A stretch of 64,000 nucleotides of DNA, taken from positions 32,001 through 96,000 of the forward strand of contig JBJBDL010000003.1 of NCBI GenBank assembly GCA_047285305.1. Direction: 5' to 3'. A program made the position numbers and the translations under genes. Positions within the stretch are counted from its first letter, which is position 1. Every line of letters starts with the position of its first letter. A model generated the notes under the pieces. It did not search any database. It was given only the letters and a program-made list of their open reading frames with translations, and had not been told where the DNA came from. Source of the DNA: Synechococcus sp. GTDB lineage: Bacteria; Cyanobacteriota; Cyanobacteriia; PCC-6307; Cyanobiaceae. Shown here piece after piece: positions 62,745 through 64,000 of this stretch.

Positions 62745-64000
62745 CTAGGCCGCCACAGCCTGCTTGTCAGCCAATCCCATCGCCTCCCGCTCACTGGGGG
62801 GGACCAACACCTTGAAGCGACCCTTCGCCGCAGACCAATCGGCCAGGAGAGCAGCAGCTTTCTCACTTCCCGTGAGCGCCACATGCCGTTCCAGCAGACC
62901 CTTCAGCAGCGACTCCTGCTCATGGGTGGTGATGGTGCAGACCTCAACAATCTCCGGGTTCACCCGAGGAGCGACACGCCCCTCCTCATCCAGCAGGAAG
63001 GTCACTCCACCGGTCATACCAGCGCCGACATTGCGGCCTGTGCTGCCAAGAACAACGACGACGCCACCGGTCATGTACTCACAGCAGTGGTCACCAGCTC
63101 CCTCCACAACCGTGCGGGCGCCGCTGTTGCGAACACCGAAGCGCTCACCAGCCCGGCCATGGGCAAACAACTCACCGCCGGTGGCCCCGTAGAGACAGGT
63201 GTTGCCGAGGATCACCTGGTCACCGGGAGAGGCACAACCGTCTGATGGCACCAGGGTGATGCAACCACTGTTCATGCCCTTGCCCACATAGTCGTTGGCT
63301 TCGCCTTCCAGACGAACCTGCATGCCCTGCACCAGGAAGGCCCCGAAGCTCTGGCCTGCTGCCCCCCGGAAGGTGAGATCGAGCTGTCCCTTGAAGCCGC
63401 GGTTGCCATGGCGCTGGGCGATTTCACCGGCCAGACGGGCACAGACACTGCGATCGGTGTTGATGATCTCGATGCTGCGGCTGATGGAACCGTGGTTCTC
63501 CAGGGCAGCCATCAGTTCAGCGTCGGCGAGGAGCTGATCCTCAAGGATCGGTCCATTGCCGTGGGCCTCGTCGCTGTGGCGCAGCCAGGAGCGATCTTCG
63601 GCGCCGCTGATCGGGGCCAGCAGGCTGGAGAGATCCACACCCTTGGTCTTGGCTAGATCAACCGAGCGGGCCTGGAGCAGATCGGTGCGACCGATCAGCT
63701 CCTCAAGGCGGGTGACGCCGAGCAGGCTCATCAGCTGACGCACTTCCTCGGCGACGTACCAGAAGAAATTGACGACGTGCTCAGGAATGCCGGTGAAGCG
63801 CTTGCGCAGGTTCTCCTTCTGCGTGGCCACACCCACAGGGCAATTGTTGGTGTGACAAACGCGAGCCATGACGCAGCCCTCGGCGATCATCGCGATCGAG
63901 CCGAAGCCGTATTCCTCGGCCCCCAGCAAGGCAGCGATCACCACATCCCAGCCTGTTTTCAGGCCTCCGTCGGCACGCAGCAGAACCCGATCGCGCAGAC
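62745..64000 (-). CDS. glsF: Ferredoxin-dependent glutamate synthase, 3' part (continues beyond the window)
   Basis: [3Fe-4S] motif C.MARVCH.N.CP.G.ATQ, G.AGQSFGAF, ANDYVGKG, GDHCCEYMTGG. Confidence 0.96.
   Translation of the reverse strand, partial: LRDRVLLRADGGLKTGWDVVIAALLGAEEYGFGSIAMIAEGCVMARVCHTNNCPVGVATQKENLRKRFTGIPEHVVNFFWYVAEEVRQLMSLLGVTRLEELIGRTDLLQARSVDLAKTKGVDLSSLLAPISGAEDRSWLRHSDEAHGNGPILEDQLLADAELMAALENHGSISRSIEIINTDRSVCARLAGEIAQRHGNRGFKGQLDLTFRGAAGQSFGAFLVQGMQVRLEGEANDYVGKGMNSGCITLVPSDGCASPGDQVILGNTCLYGATGGELFAHGRAGERFGVRNSGARTVVEGAGDHCCEYMTGGVVVVLGSTGRNVGAGMTGGVTFLLDEEGRVAPRVNPEIVEVCTITTHEQESLLKGLLERHVALTGSEKAAALLADWSAAKGRFKVLVPPSEREAMGLADKQAVAA

Noticed and set aside
1..64000. 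CRISPR array, IS element, prophage or defence system
   Set aside because: No regularly spaced repeats, transposase, integrase, phage or cas-like ORFs found; almost all sequence is explained by core genes

Overview
Core-genome segment of a GC-rich marine picocyanobacterium, most likely a marine Synechococcus (inferred from gene order and protein sequences). It contains rodA, a Hik34-like kinase, psaD, trpE, gshA, ppc, recF, speD, a larE/cobO/moeB/JAB cluster, curT, crtD, tyrA, a degenerate DinG-like helicase, recA with a LexA box, ndhN-ldpA-ycf45, the large ribosomal protein cluster (rplC to rpmE-prfA, with secY, adk, rpoA, truA), an HNH nuclease, alr and two cell-wall hydrolases, psaI-psaL, an RND pump/bicupin/DUF3598 block, psaA-psaB, a cbiG-cobJ fusion, lipA, yciI and the 3' end of ferredoxin-GOGAT, plus four tRNAs (Arg-CCG, Gln-TTG, Ser-GCT, Pro-CGG). 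I found no integrase, transposase, prophage, CRISPR array or defence island, and no clearly new multi-gene system. The best leads are: a heavily structured ~300-nt leader before rplC; a possible Fe-S LarE + MoeB + JAB sulfur relay; a recF that seems to need a non-canonical start codon; an orphan RND pump with an atypical bicupin between the PSI genes; and the structured psaA leader. All calls come from reading the sequence by eye, with no database searches.
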